The notes under the pieces: model-generated
Told to the model about the DNA's origin: nothing
Databases searched by the model: none
The model's input: only the letters and a program-made list of their open reading frames with translations
Position numbers and translations under genes: made by a program
NCBI GenBank assembly: GCA_045646345.1
Contig: JAZRKN010000011.1
Location: forward strand, 94,801-158,800
DNA length: 64,000 bases
Direction of reading: 5' to 3'
Origin: Candidatus Scatovivens sp.
Lineage (GTDB): Bacteria; Bacillota; Clostridia; TANB77; CAG-508
Shown here: in pieces, positions 49,456 through 59,976 of the stretch
How positions within the stretch are numbered: the first letter of the stretch is position 1
Layout: the number at the start of each line of letters is the position of its first letter

Positions 49456-49614
49456 ATGACGTTAGATGATAAAATTTCTCAAGTGAGAGAAAAATTGAAT
49501 AAATGTATTACTGATGGAGAAAATTACTCTGTTATTTATAAAGTAAGTGTTGAATTAGATGAGCTTATAGCTCAATATTATGCACGAGAAGCAAAAATGA
49601 AAAAGAAAGATTAA
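49456..49614 (+). CDS. Spo0E-like aspartyl-phosphate phosphatase (52 aa, absent from the ORF track)
   Basis: MTLDDKISQVREKLNKCITDGENYSVIYKVSVELDELIAQYYAREAKMKKKD; SxELD-xLI motif; SD AAGGAG. Confidence 0.8.
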   Translation: MTLDDKISQVREKLNKCITDGENYSVIYKVSVELDELIAQYYAREAKMKKKD

Positions 49615-49647
49615 AAGGTTGGTGTAAATTTTACATCAACTTTTTTT
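49613..49647 (+). terminator. Intrinsic terminator
   Basis: GGTTGGTGTAAA / TTTACATCAACT plus T-tract. Confidence 0.7.
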
Positions 49648-49707
49648 CTTGAATTAATATTAAAAATAATATAAAATACAGTTACTAATGAAAAGGGGAT
49701 GTAAAAC

Positions 49708-50211
49708 ATGGAAATTAAAGAATTCTCAAAAAATGTTTTTGATATGAGTGAAGATATTGCATATGATATTTTAGAAAGATTTGGAAATAATCAAAATGTT
49801 GACAAAACACTAACATATATTTTTATAAAAACTTATTATATGCACACAATAAGATTATATTTAAGTAGTAGATGTAGAATAGATATATTTGATGATATAT
49901 ATATGGCATATAGAGATAATTTATTAGATTATTATAAAATAAATAATTCTCAAATAAGTGAAGATTTATTATCGGATATTTCTAAAACATCAGATACAAT
50001 GCTAGAAATGTTAGAATCAATGAATTTTAAAGAAATAAATGATAGTTATGAATTTAGACATTATACTATATTATGTTTTGAACTTTTAAGAAATATATTA
50101 GAGAAAAAATCTAAGGAGAAAATAAGAGAAGATTTATTTGATAATTTTATTTCTAAATTAAAAGATAAAGCTGATGAAATAGTAGGATTTACAGGTAAAA
50201 TGTTGAAATAA
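49708..50211 (+). CDS. Hypothetical protein
   Basis: 167-aa ORF with an SD and a downstream hairpin. Confidence 0.75.
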   Translation: MEIKEFSKNVFDMSEDIAYDILERFGNNQNVDKTLTYIFIKTYYMHTIRLYLSSRCRIDIFDDIYMAYRDNLLDYYKINNSQISEDLLSDISKTSDTMLEMLESMNFKEINDSYEFRHYTILCFELLRNILEKKSKEKIREDLFDNFISKLKDKADEIVGFTGKMLK

Positions 50212-50393
50212 AGAAATTTAAAATGTGCCTTTGTTTTTATAAAAAACAAAGGCATTTTTGTGTTAAAATTTTAAAGAATTTTAGTCTTAAAATGAAGCAA
50301 AAAATAAATAAAAAAAGGTGTACTTTTTAAAACATTTAATATATAATAATTTTGTATAATTAGCGATACTAATAAACTATTATAAATATTATA

Positions 50394-51497
50394 ATGGAGG
50401 AACAAATGATAGAGTGGTTTAAAGGGGTATTAACATCAATTAATTTAGACAGTTTATTAAAACTTTTTGACTTTCAAATAGCAATTTGTGTCTTATTAAT
50501 TTTTGTTATTTTTAGAGGACTATTTTCGAGAATAATAATAAAAGTTTACTATAAATTAATAAAATCTAATAAAAATGCAAAGGAAAGTACAATGTACAAA
50601 CCGTTTAATATATTTTTTATATTATTAGGTATTTTCTGTATGATAAATATATTGCCTACAAGTGTATTTTTACTATCAATTTTAAATCAATTGTTTGCAG
50701 TTGTTGCAATATATTTTGCGACAAAAGCAATATCAACATTAATTACAGAAGATTCGTTTATTGGTAAGAGATACTTTAAAAATTCAACTAATACAGCTGT
50801 AAATAAATTTGTTTGTAAAATAGCAAGATTTATTTTATGGTTTGTTGCATTTGTAATCTCTGCAAATGTACTTGGATTTGATTTAGAAGTGTTTAGTGGA
50901 TTAGTTGCTGGTCTTGGTATTGCATCTGCTGGTGCAGCACTTGCTGCGCAAGATATTGTAAAAAGTATCTTAAGTGGTATGGCAATTTTAGCAGATAAAC
51001 CATTTGTTATTGGTGATTGGATTGAAGTAGATAAATATCAAGGTACAGTTATTGATATAACATTTAGAAGTACTCGTATAAAATCATATGATAACTCTGT
51101 TGTTACAGTTCCGAATTCAACAATTACATCTAATTATGTTGTAAACTGGAATAGATTGACAAGTAGAAGATTTGATTGTGTTTTAAATTTATCTTTAGAT
51201 ACAAATTCTGAAAAAATTAGAAAAGTGATAAAAGAACTAAAACTTATATTACAAAATGATCCAAAAGTAATTAAAGAAACAGTTCAAGTAACATTTAATG
51301 CAATATCAGCAGCAAGCTGTGAAGTAAAAATTTATCTGTATGTTAGAGAAGCAGATTATGCAAAATTTTTACAAGCAAAACAAGATATTTTATGTAATAT
51401 ATTAAATGTATTTGAAAAAGAAAATATAGATTTAGCTTATCCAACACAAACATTATACGTAAAAAGAAAGGATGAATTAGGAGCGTGTGCGGAATAG
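50394..51497 (+). CDS. MscS family mechanosensitive channel
   Basis: ALAAQD...DKPFVIGDWI...GTVIDITFRSTRI...VPNS and AYPTQTLY motifs. Confidence 0.92.
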   Translation: MEEQMIEWFKGVLTSINLDSLLKLFDFQIAICVLLIFVIFRGLFSRIIIKVYYKLIKSNKNAKESTMYKPFNIFFILLGIFCMINILPTSVFLLSILNQLFAVVAIYFATKAISTLITEDSFIGKRYFKNSTNTAVNKFVCKIARFILWFVAFVISANVLGFDLEVFSGLVAGLGIASAGAALAAQDIVKSILSGMAILADKPFVIGDWIEVDKYQGTVIDITFRSTRIKSYDNSVVTVPNSTITSNYVVNWNRLTSRRFDCVLNLSLDTNSEKIRKVIKELKLILQNDPKVIKETVQVTFNAISAASCEVKIYLYVREADYAKFLQAKQDILCNILNVFEKENIDLAYPTQTLYVKRKDELGACAE

Positions 51498-52348
51498 GAG
51501 TGGCGCTTGCTGGAGGTGGACTAAAAGGTTTAGCTCATATTGGTGCATTAAAAGCGCTTGAAGAATTGGGTGTTAAAATTGAATATTTATCTGGAACAAG
51601 TTCGGGAAGTATATTTGCTTCATTTTATGCAATGGGTTACTCAACAGAAGAGATAAAAGAAAAAACAATGAAGCATTATAAAATTCTTACACAAATAGAA
51701 AGAAGACCAATATTTAAAGCGGGAGCAACTTATTTTACGTCAGGAGTTGCAAAAATAAAAGGATTAATTCCAGGTGAGAATATAGAAAATTTAGTAAAAG
51801 CAATATCAAAAGATAGAAAAATTACTAATATGAACCAAATAAAAATACCTTTTGCAATTGCTGCGGTGGATACAATTTCAACTAAGGAATGTATATTCTT
51901 ATCGAAGAAAATAGATAAAGAAAACACTGATGAAATAGATTATATATATAATGCTCCAATTGCTACAGCAACAAGAGCAAGTATGTCTTTCCCGGGAATA
52001 TATACACCATGTCAATACGATAAATATAACTTTATTGATGGTGGAACAAAAGATAACTTACCAGTAACAGTTTTAAAAGATATGGGAGCAAAAAAAGTAA
52101 TTGCCTTAAGTTTTAAAATAGATGAATATGAACCAAAAGAAGATATTCTTGCAATTTTACTTAGAACGGTAGATATATTTTCTCTTCAAGATGTTAGAGC
52201 TGCACAAAAAGTGGCAGATTTAGCAATCGAAATTGATTGTCAAGGAACATCTCTTTTGGAAATAACAAATGCTGATGAGGTAATAAACACAGGATATAAT
52301 ACAATAATGAAACATAAAGAAGAAATTCTAGAATTAATAAACAAATAG
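51485..52348 (+). CDS. Patatin-like phospholipase
   Basis: AGGGLKG, GTSSG (GxSxG) and DGG motifs; exact start uncertain. Confidence 0.9.
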   Translation: MCGIGVALAGGGLKGLAHIGALKALEELGVKIEYLSGTSSGSIFASFYAMGYSTEEIKEKTMKHYKILTQIERRPIFKAGATYFTSGVAKIKGLIPGENIENLVKAISKDRKITNMNQIKIPFAIAAVDTISTKECIFLSKKIDKENTDEIDYIYNAPIATATRASMSFPGIYTPCQYDKYNFIDGGTKDNLPVTVLKDMGAKKVIALSFKIDEYEPKEDILAILLRTVDIFSLQDVRAAQKVADLAIEIDCQGTSLLEITNADEVINTGYNTIMKHKEEILELINK

Positions 52349-52376
52349 ATAAAATAATAAGTAGGAGTGAGAAAAA

Positions 52377-53837
52377 TTGCCTAGTAATGATACTTTAATG
52401 CAATATTTTGAATGGTATTTACCTAGTGATACAACACTTTGGAATAAGGTTACAAAAGAAGCTAAACATTTAGAAAATATAGGAATAACTCATCTCTGGC
52501 TACCACCTTCATATAAAGGTGCTAGTGGAAAAGATGATGTAGGATATGGAGTATATGATTTATATGATTTAGGAGAATTTGATCAAAAGGGAAGTATTCC
52601 AACAAAGTATGGAACAAAAGATGAATACATAAATGCTATAAGGGAATTGCGCGAAAATAATATAAAAGTTTTAGCAGACATTGTTTTAAACCATAAAATG
52701 GGAGCAGATGAAACTGAAGAAGTTTTAGCTATTCAAGATGATGCTGAAGATAGAAATATCAGTTTAACAGAGGCTATGCCAATAAAAGTTTGGACTAAAT
52801 ATACATTTCCAGGAAGAAATAATGAATATTCAGATTTTAAATGGAATTGGACTCATTTTCATGGGGTTGACTGGGACGAAAATACAGGTACCGCGGCAAT
52901 ATATAAATTTTATGGTAAACATTGGGATGAAAATGTTGACAAAGAAAAAGGAAATTTTGATTATTTAATGGGTGCGGATATCGATTTAAATAATTATGAT
53001 GTTATTAAAGAACTTAAAAAATGGGGAAAATGGTATTTGGATACGACTAATGTAGATGGATTTAGATTAGATGCTGTAAAGCATATTAGATCTGAATTTT
53101 TCCCTGAGTGGCTAACAGAATTAAGAGTGTCGAGTGAAAAGAAACTTTTCTCTGTTGGTGAATATTGGAGTACTAGTATTGGAACAATAAATGATTATAT
53201 AGAAAAAACTCAAGGATGTATGTCTTTATTTGATGTTCCATTACATTATAATTTTTATAGAGCATCAATCAGTAATGGTGAATTTGACATGAGTCAAATT
53301 TTTGAAGGAACTTTAGTAGAATCTAATCCTGAAAAAGCAGTTACATTTGTAGACAATCATGATACTGAACCAGGACAAGCATTAGAATCTTGGGTATTAG
53401 ACTGGTTTAAACCATTAGCGTATTCGCTTATTTTGTTAAGAAAAGGTGGATTCCCTTGTGTATTTTATGGTGATTACTATGGTATACCTTCAAAAGATGT
53501 TGAGCCAAAGAAAGATATATTAAGTACATTATTGAAAGTAAGAAAATATTATGCCCATGGTGAGCAATATGATTACTTTAATGATAGAAATGTTATTGGA
53601 TTTACAAGACTTGGAGATTATGAACATCATGATTCTGGTTTAGCAGTTGTTATGTCAGATGGAAGAGGTGGAGGAATCCAAATGAATGTTGGAAAACATT
53701 TAGCAAACACTGTACTTTATGATTGTACAGGTAATCTTTCAGAAACAGTATATGTTGATAATGAAGGAAATGGTATTTTTTATTGTAAAGATGGTAGTGT
53801 TTCTGTTTGGATAAAACAAGGGCAAAGTATAAATTAA
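52377..53837 (+). CDS. Cytoplasmic alpha-amylase (GH13, liquefying type)
   Basis: MQYFEWY, DVGYGVYDLYDLGEF, GFRLDAVKH, VGEYW and FVDNHD motifs; no signal peptide. Confidence 0.93.
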   Translation: MPSNDTLMQYFEWYLPSDTTLWNKVTKEAKHLENIGITHLWLPPSYKGASGKDDVGYGVYDLYDLGEFDQKGSIPTKYGTKDEYINAIRELRENNIKVLADIVLNHKMGADETEEVLAIQDDAEDRNISLTEAMPIKVWTKYTFPGRNNEYSDFKWNWTHFHGVDWDENTGTAAIYKFYGKHWDENVDKEKGNFDYLMGADIDLNNYDVIKELKKWGKWYLDTTNVDGFRLDAVKHIRSEFFPEWLTELRVSSEKKLFSVGEYWSTSIGTINDYIEKTQGCMSLFDVPLHYNFYRASISNGEFDMSQIFEGTLVESNPEKAVTFVDNHDTEPGQALESWVLDWFKPLAYSLILLRKGGFPCVFYGDYYGIPSKDVEPKKDILSTLLKVRKYYAHGEQYDYFNDRNVIGFTRLGDYEHHDSGLAVVMSDGRGGGIQMNVGKHLANTVLYDCTGNLSETVYVDNEGNGIFYCKDGSVSVWIKQGQSIN

Positions 53838-53852
53838 AGATTAGGAGATAGT

Positions 53853-54614
53853 ATGAAAGTTTTAGTTACAGGTGCTTCTTCTGGGATAGGAAGAGATTTG
53901 GCGAGAGAGTTTGCCAAAAGAAAATACGATTTAATTTTGGTGGCAAGAAATGTAGAAAGATTAGAAGCGCTAAAAGAAGAACTAAAAAAAGAATATGAAG
54001 TAAATGTTGAATATTTAAGTGTAGATTTATCAAAAAGAGAAAATTGTATAGACCTTTACTCTAAAGTAAAAGATATAGATATTTTAGTAAATAATGCAGG
54101 ACTTGGGGATTTTGGAGAGTTCTCAGATACTGAACTAACAAAAGATTTTTCTATAATAGATACCAATATTACAAGTGTACATGTTTTAACTAAATTATAT
54201 TTAAAAGACATGAGAGAAAGAAATAGTGGTAAAATTTTAAATGTTGCATCTATTGCAGGATTTATGCCAGGACCATTAATGGCGACATATTATGCATCAA
54301 AAAATTATGTTGTAAGACTTTCTGAAGCGATTAGAGAAGAATTGCATAAAGCCAAATCAAATGTTAAAATAAGCATTTTATGTCCAGGACCAGTAAAAAC
54401 GAACTTTAATAATGTTGCAAATGTAAAATTTGAATTGTCATCATTATCAAGTGAATATGTTGCTAAATATACAGTTAATAAATTTTTAAAAGATAAATTT
54501 TATATAGTACCAGGAAAAATGATACAAATAGGAAAAGCTTTAACCAAAATTGTTCCAACTCCGATTGTTGCTAAAGTTTGCTATAAATTGCAAAAATCAA
54601 AAGCAGGAAAATAA
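53853..54614 (+). CDS. Short-chain dehydrogenase/reductase
   Basis: TGASSGIG, NNAG and YYASK motifs. Confidence 0.92.
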   Translation: MKVLVTGASSGIGRDLAREFAKRKYDLILVARNVERLEALKEELKKEYEVNVEYLSVDLSKRENCIDLYSKVKDIDILVNNAGLGDFGEFSDTELTKDFSIIDTNITSVHVLTKLYLKDMRERNSGKILNVASIAGFMPGPLMATYYASKNYVVRLSEAIREELHKAKSNVKISILCPGPVKTNFNNVANVKFELSSLSSEYVAKYTVNKFLKDKFYIVPGKMIQIGKALTKIVPTPIVAKVCYKLQKSKAGK

Positions 54615-54632
54615 AGAAAATGGAGAACTGAA

Positions 54633-55163
54633 ATGAAAATATTAATGGGAACAAAAAATCCAGGAAAGATAGAAGGAGCAAAACAAGCATTTCAAAAGTA
54701 TTTTGAAAAAGTTGAAATTGAAGGTATTGGTGTAAGCTCAGATGTTAGTGATCAACCAGTGAATGAAGAAATCTTTCTTGGAGCAAAAAATAGAATAAAA
54801 AATTTAAAAAAATATGCAAAAGAAAACAATATTGAAGCAGATTTTTATATTGCATCAGAAGCAGGAATTACAAATCTTTTAGGTGATTGGATTGATATAA
54901 ATTCGGCAGTAATAGAAAGTAAAGACGGATTCCAAACAGTAGGGTGTAGTCAAGGATTTCAAATTCCTGAAAAATTAGTTCCAGAAATAATAGAAACAGA
55001 ACTAGGAAAAGTTATGGACAAATTATTTGATGGAGAAAATCTAGGAAAAGGAAAAGGTGGAATCAGTAGATTAACACATGATGCAGTAACAAGAATAGAA
55101 CTTACTAAAAATGCATTTATTATGGCTTTAATAGGGCATATAAATGGTGACTTATGGAAATAA
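54633..55163 (+). CDS. Non-canonical purine NTP phosphatase (YjjX/DUF84-like)
   Basis: GTKNPGKI, SDVSDQP, GAKNR, SEAGI, ELGKVMD and GGISRLT motifs. Confidence 0.85.
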   Translation: MKILMGTKNPGKIEGAKQAFQKYFEKVEIEGIGVSSDVSDQPVNEEIFLGAKNRIKNLKKYAKENNIEADFYIASEAGITNLLGDWIDINSAVIESKDGFQTVGCSQGFQIPEKLVPEIIETELGKVMDKLFDGENLGKGKGGISRLTHDAVTRIELTKNAFIMALIGHINGDLWK

Positions 55164-55174
55164 ATAGTTATAAC

Positions 55175-55206
55175 AAAAAACCGCACTTTTACAAAGTGCG
55201 GTTTTT
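55175..55206. terminator. Bidirectional intrinsic terminator
   Basis: AAAAAACCGCACTTT / AAAGTGCGGTTTTT. Confidence 0.85.
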
Positions 55207-55259
55207 GATTGGTTGATTTTACTTTTTTCTTGAACAAATACTGTTTGAATTTCAGGAAG

Positions 55260-55649
55260 TTATCCAGCGTAAGGAAGCCACTTACAATGGCACAAATGTC
55301 TGGAAATACGTGTGACTTTGTAAAGATCGAAACCGTCGTTGGCAAAGCAAGATTCGTTGATTTGCAGTTTCATAATAGTATCAGGACAATTTGTGCAGGT
55401 GGTTAGAAGTCTATCCAGTAAAGTTGTTTCATAAATGCTGTGAACAAATTCGAGTTCGTGATCATAGTAAAAAGATTTGTCTTCAATTGTAATCTCGGGT
55501 ATGTAACATGCTTTTTGGAGTTCTTCGAAATAACCTAAGAATTTCTTGGGACTAGTGTGTAGATTGACCAGAAGTTGATGATTTGCTTTTCCACGGAAAA
55601 TAACTATTTTGTGGTCTCCGATAGACTGGGTAGTAAATTTATATTTCAT
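55260..55649 (-). CDS. Hypothetical protein
   Basis: ATG 55649 after GGAGGT; SigA-like promoter TTGTCA-17-TATAAT at 55722-55694. Confidence 0.65.
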   Translation of the reverse strand: MKYKFTTQSIGDHKIVIFRGKANHQLLVNLHTSPKKFLGYFEELQKACYIPEITIEDKSFYYDHELEFVHSIYETTLLDRLLTTCTNCPDTIMKLQINESCFANDGFDLYKVTRISRHLCHCKWLPYAG

Positions 55650-55731
55650 AAAATAACCTCCTAGCGTAAAATCAATAAATTTACTCAAAAATAATTATAA
55701 CATGATTTACATAAATTGACAATACAAAGGA

Positions 55732-57006
55732 TTATTGAAGCATTCCAGTAATTAAGATTCCTAAATTTTCTCTATAAATTCCAGAAAATTGAGAGATTGG
55801 AATAGGATTAGTTCCGAGCCCAACTTCAATGGTGAATCCAGGGCGATTGAATGCTAGAATAAACCAGTCTTTGTAACCTGCAAAACTAGAGTTTTCAGGA
55901 ACTTGTTCTAAAGAATAACCTGAAAGGTTTGCAAATTTTTCGGCTAATTCCTGACTTCCGGGAGGCGTTTGGTTTTGGTACTGATAGAAAATGACTCTTC
56001 CTTGAGTATGATAAGTCAGCATTATAGAAAAATTATGACGAAGTGTGAATGTATATAATGCAACTGCTTCAGGCGCGGTAAGTGGACCATAACCAACAAA
56101 ATCACGGGGAGATGGTTTGTTGAATCCTTGTGCATATTTGATTTCTCTGGCTTGCTCCCAACCAGCTGGAAATTGAAGATTTAGATCTATTCCTTCTATA
56201 TTCGATTTATATCCGCTTGGAAAAGGTATTTCTGGAAAATTGTTTGCTATTTGTTTGGCGTTTCTGTAGCCCCAAGAGTTTTCGGGAAGTCCGCCAGTAA
56301 CTAAATCAACACCATCTGGATTTATCATAGGCATTATATATAAAGAAACATTTGCAAAGAGTTCGCGAGCATTAATACCAAATATAGGGATATTATTTAC
56401 ATAGCTTTTGGAAAGATTTTCTAAAAATTTCATTAAAAGTGGGGAAGTAATCCATTCGTTTGCATGTATAGCAGCAGAATAAAATACTTCTTTTTGTCCA
56501 TTTCCAAATCTAATAACTTGAAGTGGTTTACCTAAAACACTTCTTCCTATTGAAGATATTTGCAAAAATGGATAGATAGTTTTTAAAGAATCAATATTCA
56601 TATTTAAAAATTGAGATGTATAACTAATATTTGTTTTTACTATACTACCAAAAGGAACAATAATTTTTTCTCCGATTTTTAAATTATTAGGGTCTATATT
56701 GGGATTAGCTGATAGTATAGCGTCTATAGTTGAAGAATGCATATTAGCAATTTGAAATAAAGTGTCACCATCTTTTATTGAATACACTGTATAGCCATTG
56801 ATGTATGGCATTAATGCATTCCAAGTATTTGGACCAACAATACCATCAATGGTTAGACCGTTTTCTCTCTGAAAATTTTGAACCGCATTAAAGGTTTGAA
56901 ATCCATAAATTCCATCGATTGCACCATTATAAAATCCAAGAGTTTGAAGTATAGATTGCAGAAGTTCTACTTCTGGACCTCTGGAATTTAATCTTAAAGT
57001 TGTCAT
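55732..57006 (-). CDS. Gamma-D-glutamyl-meso-diaminopimelate peptidase-like (M14) with PG-binding and LysM domains
   Basis: [24 protein letters not shown]-binding domain, a LysM domain, and HANE, NPDG, DLN, YHTQG and TIE motifs. Confidence 0.9.
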   Translation of the reverse strand: MTTLRLNSRGPEVELLQSILQTLGFYNGAIDGIYGFQTFNAVQNFQRENGLTIDGIVGPNTWNALMPYINGYTVYSIKDGDTLFQIANMHSSTIDAILSANPNIDPNNLKIGEKIIVPFGSIVKTNISYTSQFLNMNIDSLKTIYPFLQISSIGRSVLGKPLQVIRFGNGQKEVFYSAAIHANEWITSPLLMKFLENLSKSYVNNIPIFGINARELFANVSLYIMPMINPDGVDLVTGGLPENSWGYRNAKQIANNFPEIPFPSGYKSNIEGIDLNLQFPAGWEQAREIKYAQGFNKPSPRDFVGYGPLTAPEAVALYTFTLRHNFSIMLTYHTQGRVIFYQYQNQTPPGSQELAEKFANLSGYSLEQVPENSSFAGYKDWFILAFNRPGFTIEVGLGTNPIPISQFSGIYRENLGILITGMLQ

Positions 57007-57208
57007 ATAAAAATCCTTTCTTATACTATTATTTTAAATTATCTAAAATTAAAGATAATTTATTATTTTATTTATAATATTCAAAAAAAATTAGAGAGTT
57101 ACATTAAAATGGATATATTAAAATAATTGTAAAATAGCTACTTAAAAAGGGTTGTAAAATTCTTGAATATATTATAAAATATGCTTGAAAAAATAGACCA
57201 TATATGGG

Positions 57209-57520
57209 GTGAAAAAAGTGCTAATAGAAGCAGAAATGAAAGAACTAGCCAAAAGAAAAGAATACACAAAAGTATTCAATTATTTTCATGACGAATATAC
57301 AGATATGCTTAAAAACTTTTTGGAAAGACATGAAGTAGATGTTAATGAAAATGATTGCTTAATAGATTATATTGTTAAAACAAGAATTTTTATGCCCAAA
57401 TATAATACTTATACTATTCCAATTTCAAATGCTATGTACAATGAAGAATTGCCAGAAGCGATGAAATATGAATTATTAATGAGTAGTTATAAAGATGTAA
57501 GAAAGGCGTTTAGTAAATAG
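57209..57520 (+). CDS. Hypothetical protein
   Basis: 103-aa ORF immediately upstream of hslO. Confidence 0.7.
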   Translation: MKKVLIEAEMKELAKRKEYTKVFNYFHDEYTDMLKNFLERHEVDVNENDCLIDYIVKTRIFMPKYNTYTIPISNAMYNEELPEAMKYELLMSSYKDVRKAFSK

Positions 57521-57528
57521 GAGAAGAA

Positions 57529-58425
57529 ATGAATAGAGTTGCGAAATTTTTAGCTCACGAAGGAAGAGTAAGTTTAGTATGTACAAATACAACTGATATG
57601 GTTAATGAAATAATGAACATCCATGATTTAACACCAACAACTACTGCAGCAATGGGAAGATTTGCTACAATAACTGGTATGATGGGTTTTACAGAAATAA
57701 AAGATACTGAAGATTATTTAACAGTTCAAATGAATGGTAAAGGACCAATGGGAACTTTAATTTCTGTAGTAAGAAGAGAAGCTTTTACGTCAAAAGTAAA
57801 AGTTTGTACAGATAATCCTCATGTAGAATTACCATTAAAGCAAAATGGAAAATTAGATGTAAGTGGTGCAGTTGGAACAAATGGATTTTTAAATATAATA
57901 AATAAAAATGAAGTAACAGACACAAATTATACTGGATTGGTTCCAATAGTAAGTGGAGAAATTGCAGAAGACTTTACAGAATATTTTGCAAAATCACAAC
58001 AAAAACCAACAGTAATAGCTCTTGGCGTTTTGGTAAATAAAGATGGAGTAAAAGCTTCTGGAGGATATATGATTCAATTGATGCCAGATGCTACTGAAGA
58101 AGATATTGTAGCAATCGAAAAAGCTTTAGAAAATGCTCCAAGTATTAGTCAAATGATTGATGAAAATAAATCATTAGAAGAGATTGCAAGAATTGTTACT
58201 GGTGATGAAGATATAATGATTTTAGCTCAAGAGCTAGATATGAAATATGAATGTGATTGTTCAACTGAGAAATTTGAAAAAGGGTTAATTTCGATAGGAA
58301 AAGAAGAACTAAAGAAAATTATTGAAGAAGATGGGCAAGCAAATATAGTTTGTAACTTCTGCAAAAAAGAATACAATTTCGATAAAAACGATTTAGAAGA
58401 ACTATTAAGACAAAGCGGAAATTAA
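57529..58425 (+). CDS. hslO: Hsp33 redox-regulated chaperone
   Basis: SGEIAEDF, SQQKPT, GGYMIQLMP, and CDCS...CNFC zinc motif. Confidence 0.95.
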   Translation: MNRVAKFLAHEGRVSLVCTNTTDMVNEIMNIHDLTPTTTAAMGRFATITGMMGFTEIKDTEDYLTVQMNGKGPMGTLISVVRREAFTSKVKVCTDNPHVELPLKQNGKLDVSGAVGTNGFLNIINKNEVTDTNYTGLVPIVSGEIAEDFTEYFAKSQQKPTVIALGVLVNKDGVKASGGYMIQLMPDATEEDIVAIEKALENAPSISQMIDENKSLEEIARIVTGDEDIMILAQELDMKYECDCSTEKFEKGLISIGKEELKKIIEEDGQANIVCNFCKKEYNFDKNDLEELLRQSGN

Positions 58426-58460
58426 TAATAAATATTATTTTTAGAAGGTGAAAACAAAGG

Positions 58461-59666
58461 ATGAAAAAGTTTGAAAAAGAAGCTATGCTAGAGGGAAATG
58501 AAAAATTTGAAAAGGCAATTTCAAGAATAGAGAAATTGTACGATCCAATTTATGGTGATGCTCCAATGCGTAGTGAATTTGATAGAGATTACACAAGAAT
58601 AATAAACTGTAATGCATATAGAAGATTAAAACATAAAACACAAGTGTTTTTCTCTCCAAAAAATGATCACATATGTACAAGAATTGAACATGTTAACTTA
58701 GTTGAGTCTATTAGTAATACAATAGCAAACTATTTGGGATTAAATTCAGAATTAACAAAAGCAATTGCAGTTACACATGATATTGGACATAGCCCATTTG
58801 GTCATCAAGGAGAAGCAATTCTATCTGAAATTGCAGAAAGAGAATATGGACAAAGATTTTGGCATGCTGGAAATGGAATCCATTATGTTGATGATTTAGA
58901 ATTATTAAAAGATGTTGCAGGACATGAAAGAAATTTAAATCTAACATATGCTGTAAGAGATGGAATTTTAGGTCATAGTGGAGAACCAACAATATCAGGA
59001 CAAAGACCAAGAAATGAATTTGTAGATTTAAAAGAATTTACACATTCAAATAAATTTGCACCATATACATGGGAAGCTTGTGTAGTAAAAATTGCAGATA
59101 ATATCTCTTATTTAGGTAGAGATTTGGAAGATGCAAAAGAAATGAAACTTCTAACAGATAGAGATTTATATAACCTTGACAAAATGATAGAAAATATTAG
59201 AGTAAATAATACAAGTATAATTGGTTATTTGACAGCTGATTTGTGTAAAAATAGTAGTGTTGACATTGGTTTGAAATTTTCAGATGAAGCTCATAGTACA
59301 ATGGAAAGAATAAAAAGATTTAATTATGAGAAAATATATAAGAATGAAAAAATTCAACCAACAATTAGATATTTTAAAGTTGTTATGAACGAAATTTTTT
59401 ATACTTTAAAAAGAGAGTATAATGGACTAGCAACTGCAAAAAATATTAAGAAAATGAAAAGATATTATCCAGTTCTTGCAAATGAATTTTCAAACTGGCT
59501 TGAAAAATATTCTAATTGTCAAGATAGAGATGAAACAAAGCATTTTAACAAAGTCATATATGATTTAAACGATGTTAGAGAATATTCAAGAGCAATAATT
59601 GATTATATGTCTGGTATGACTGATCAATACATAATTAGTGTTTATGACGAGATAGTAAAATTTTAA
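58461..59666 (+). CDS. HD-domain dGTP triphosphohydrolase-like protein
   Basis: RRLKHKTQVF, HDIGHSPFGH, ADNISY..DLED and DYMSGMTD motifs. Confidence 0.9.
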   Translation: MKKFEKEAMLEGNEKFEKAISRIEKLYDPIYGDAPMRSEFDRDYTRIINCNAYRRLKHKTQVFFSPKNDHICTRIEHVNLVESISNTIANYLGLNSELTKAIAVTHDIGHSPFGHQGEAILSEIAEREYGQRFWHAGNGIHYVDDLELLKDVAGHERNLNLTYAVRDGILGHSGEPTISGQRPRNEFVDLKEFTHSNKFAPYTWEACVVKIADNISYLGRDLEDAKEMKLLTDRDLYNLDKMIENIRVNNTSIIGYLTADLCKNSSVDIGLKFSDEAHSTMERIKRFNYEKIYKNEKIQPTIRYFKVVMNEIFYTLKREYNGLATAKNIKKMKRYYPVLANEFSNWLEKYSNCQDRDETKHFNKVIYDLNDVREYSRAIIDYMSGMTDQYIISVYDEIVKF

Positions 59667-59678
59667 AAGGAGAATCAT

Positions 59679-59933
59679 ATGGTATATCAATATGAACCCA
59701 AAGGTGTTTGTTCAAGACAAATGAATATAGAAGTGGAAGATGAAATTATAAAAAAAGTTGAAATAATAGGTGGATGCGCAGGAAATACAATGGGTGTATC
59801 TGTATTGGTTCAAGGAATGAATATAAATGAAGCAATAAAAAGATTAAGAGGAATTGATTGTAGGGGAAGAGGAACATCTTGTCCAGATCAACTTGCAATT
59901 GCTTTAGAAAAAATTAAAGAAGAAATAGCATAA
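59679..59933 (+). CDS. TIGR03905 family TSCPD domain protein
   Basis: GVCS, GGCAGN and GIDC..RGTSCPDQLA motifs. Confidence 0.92.
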   Translation: MVYQYEPKGVCSRQMNIEVEDEIIKKVEIIGGCAGNTMGVSVLVQGMNINEAIKRLRGIDCRGRGTSCPDQLAIALEKIKEEIA

Positions 59934-59936
59934 AAT

Positions 59937-59970
59937 AAAAAAACTGATATAAAATTTATATCAGTTTTTT
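59937..59970. terminator. Bidirectional intrinsic terminator
   Basis: AAAAAAACTGATATAAA / TTTATATCAGTTTTTT. Confidence 0.8.
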
Positions 59971-59976
59971 GTTTGT

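Noticed and set aside
51479-51497. Possible third CGG shift at the patatin start (GTG CGG A ATA GGA, GTG at 51487)
   Set aside because: An in-frame GTG at 51485 explains the gene without a shift, and SD spacing is poor for both starts. Not counted as evidence.
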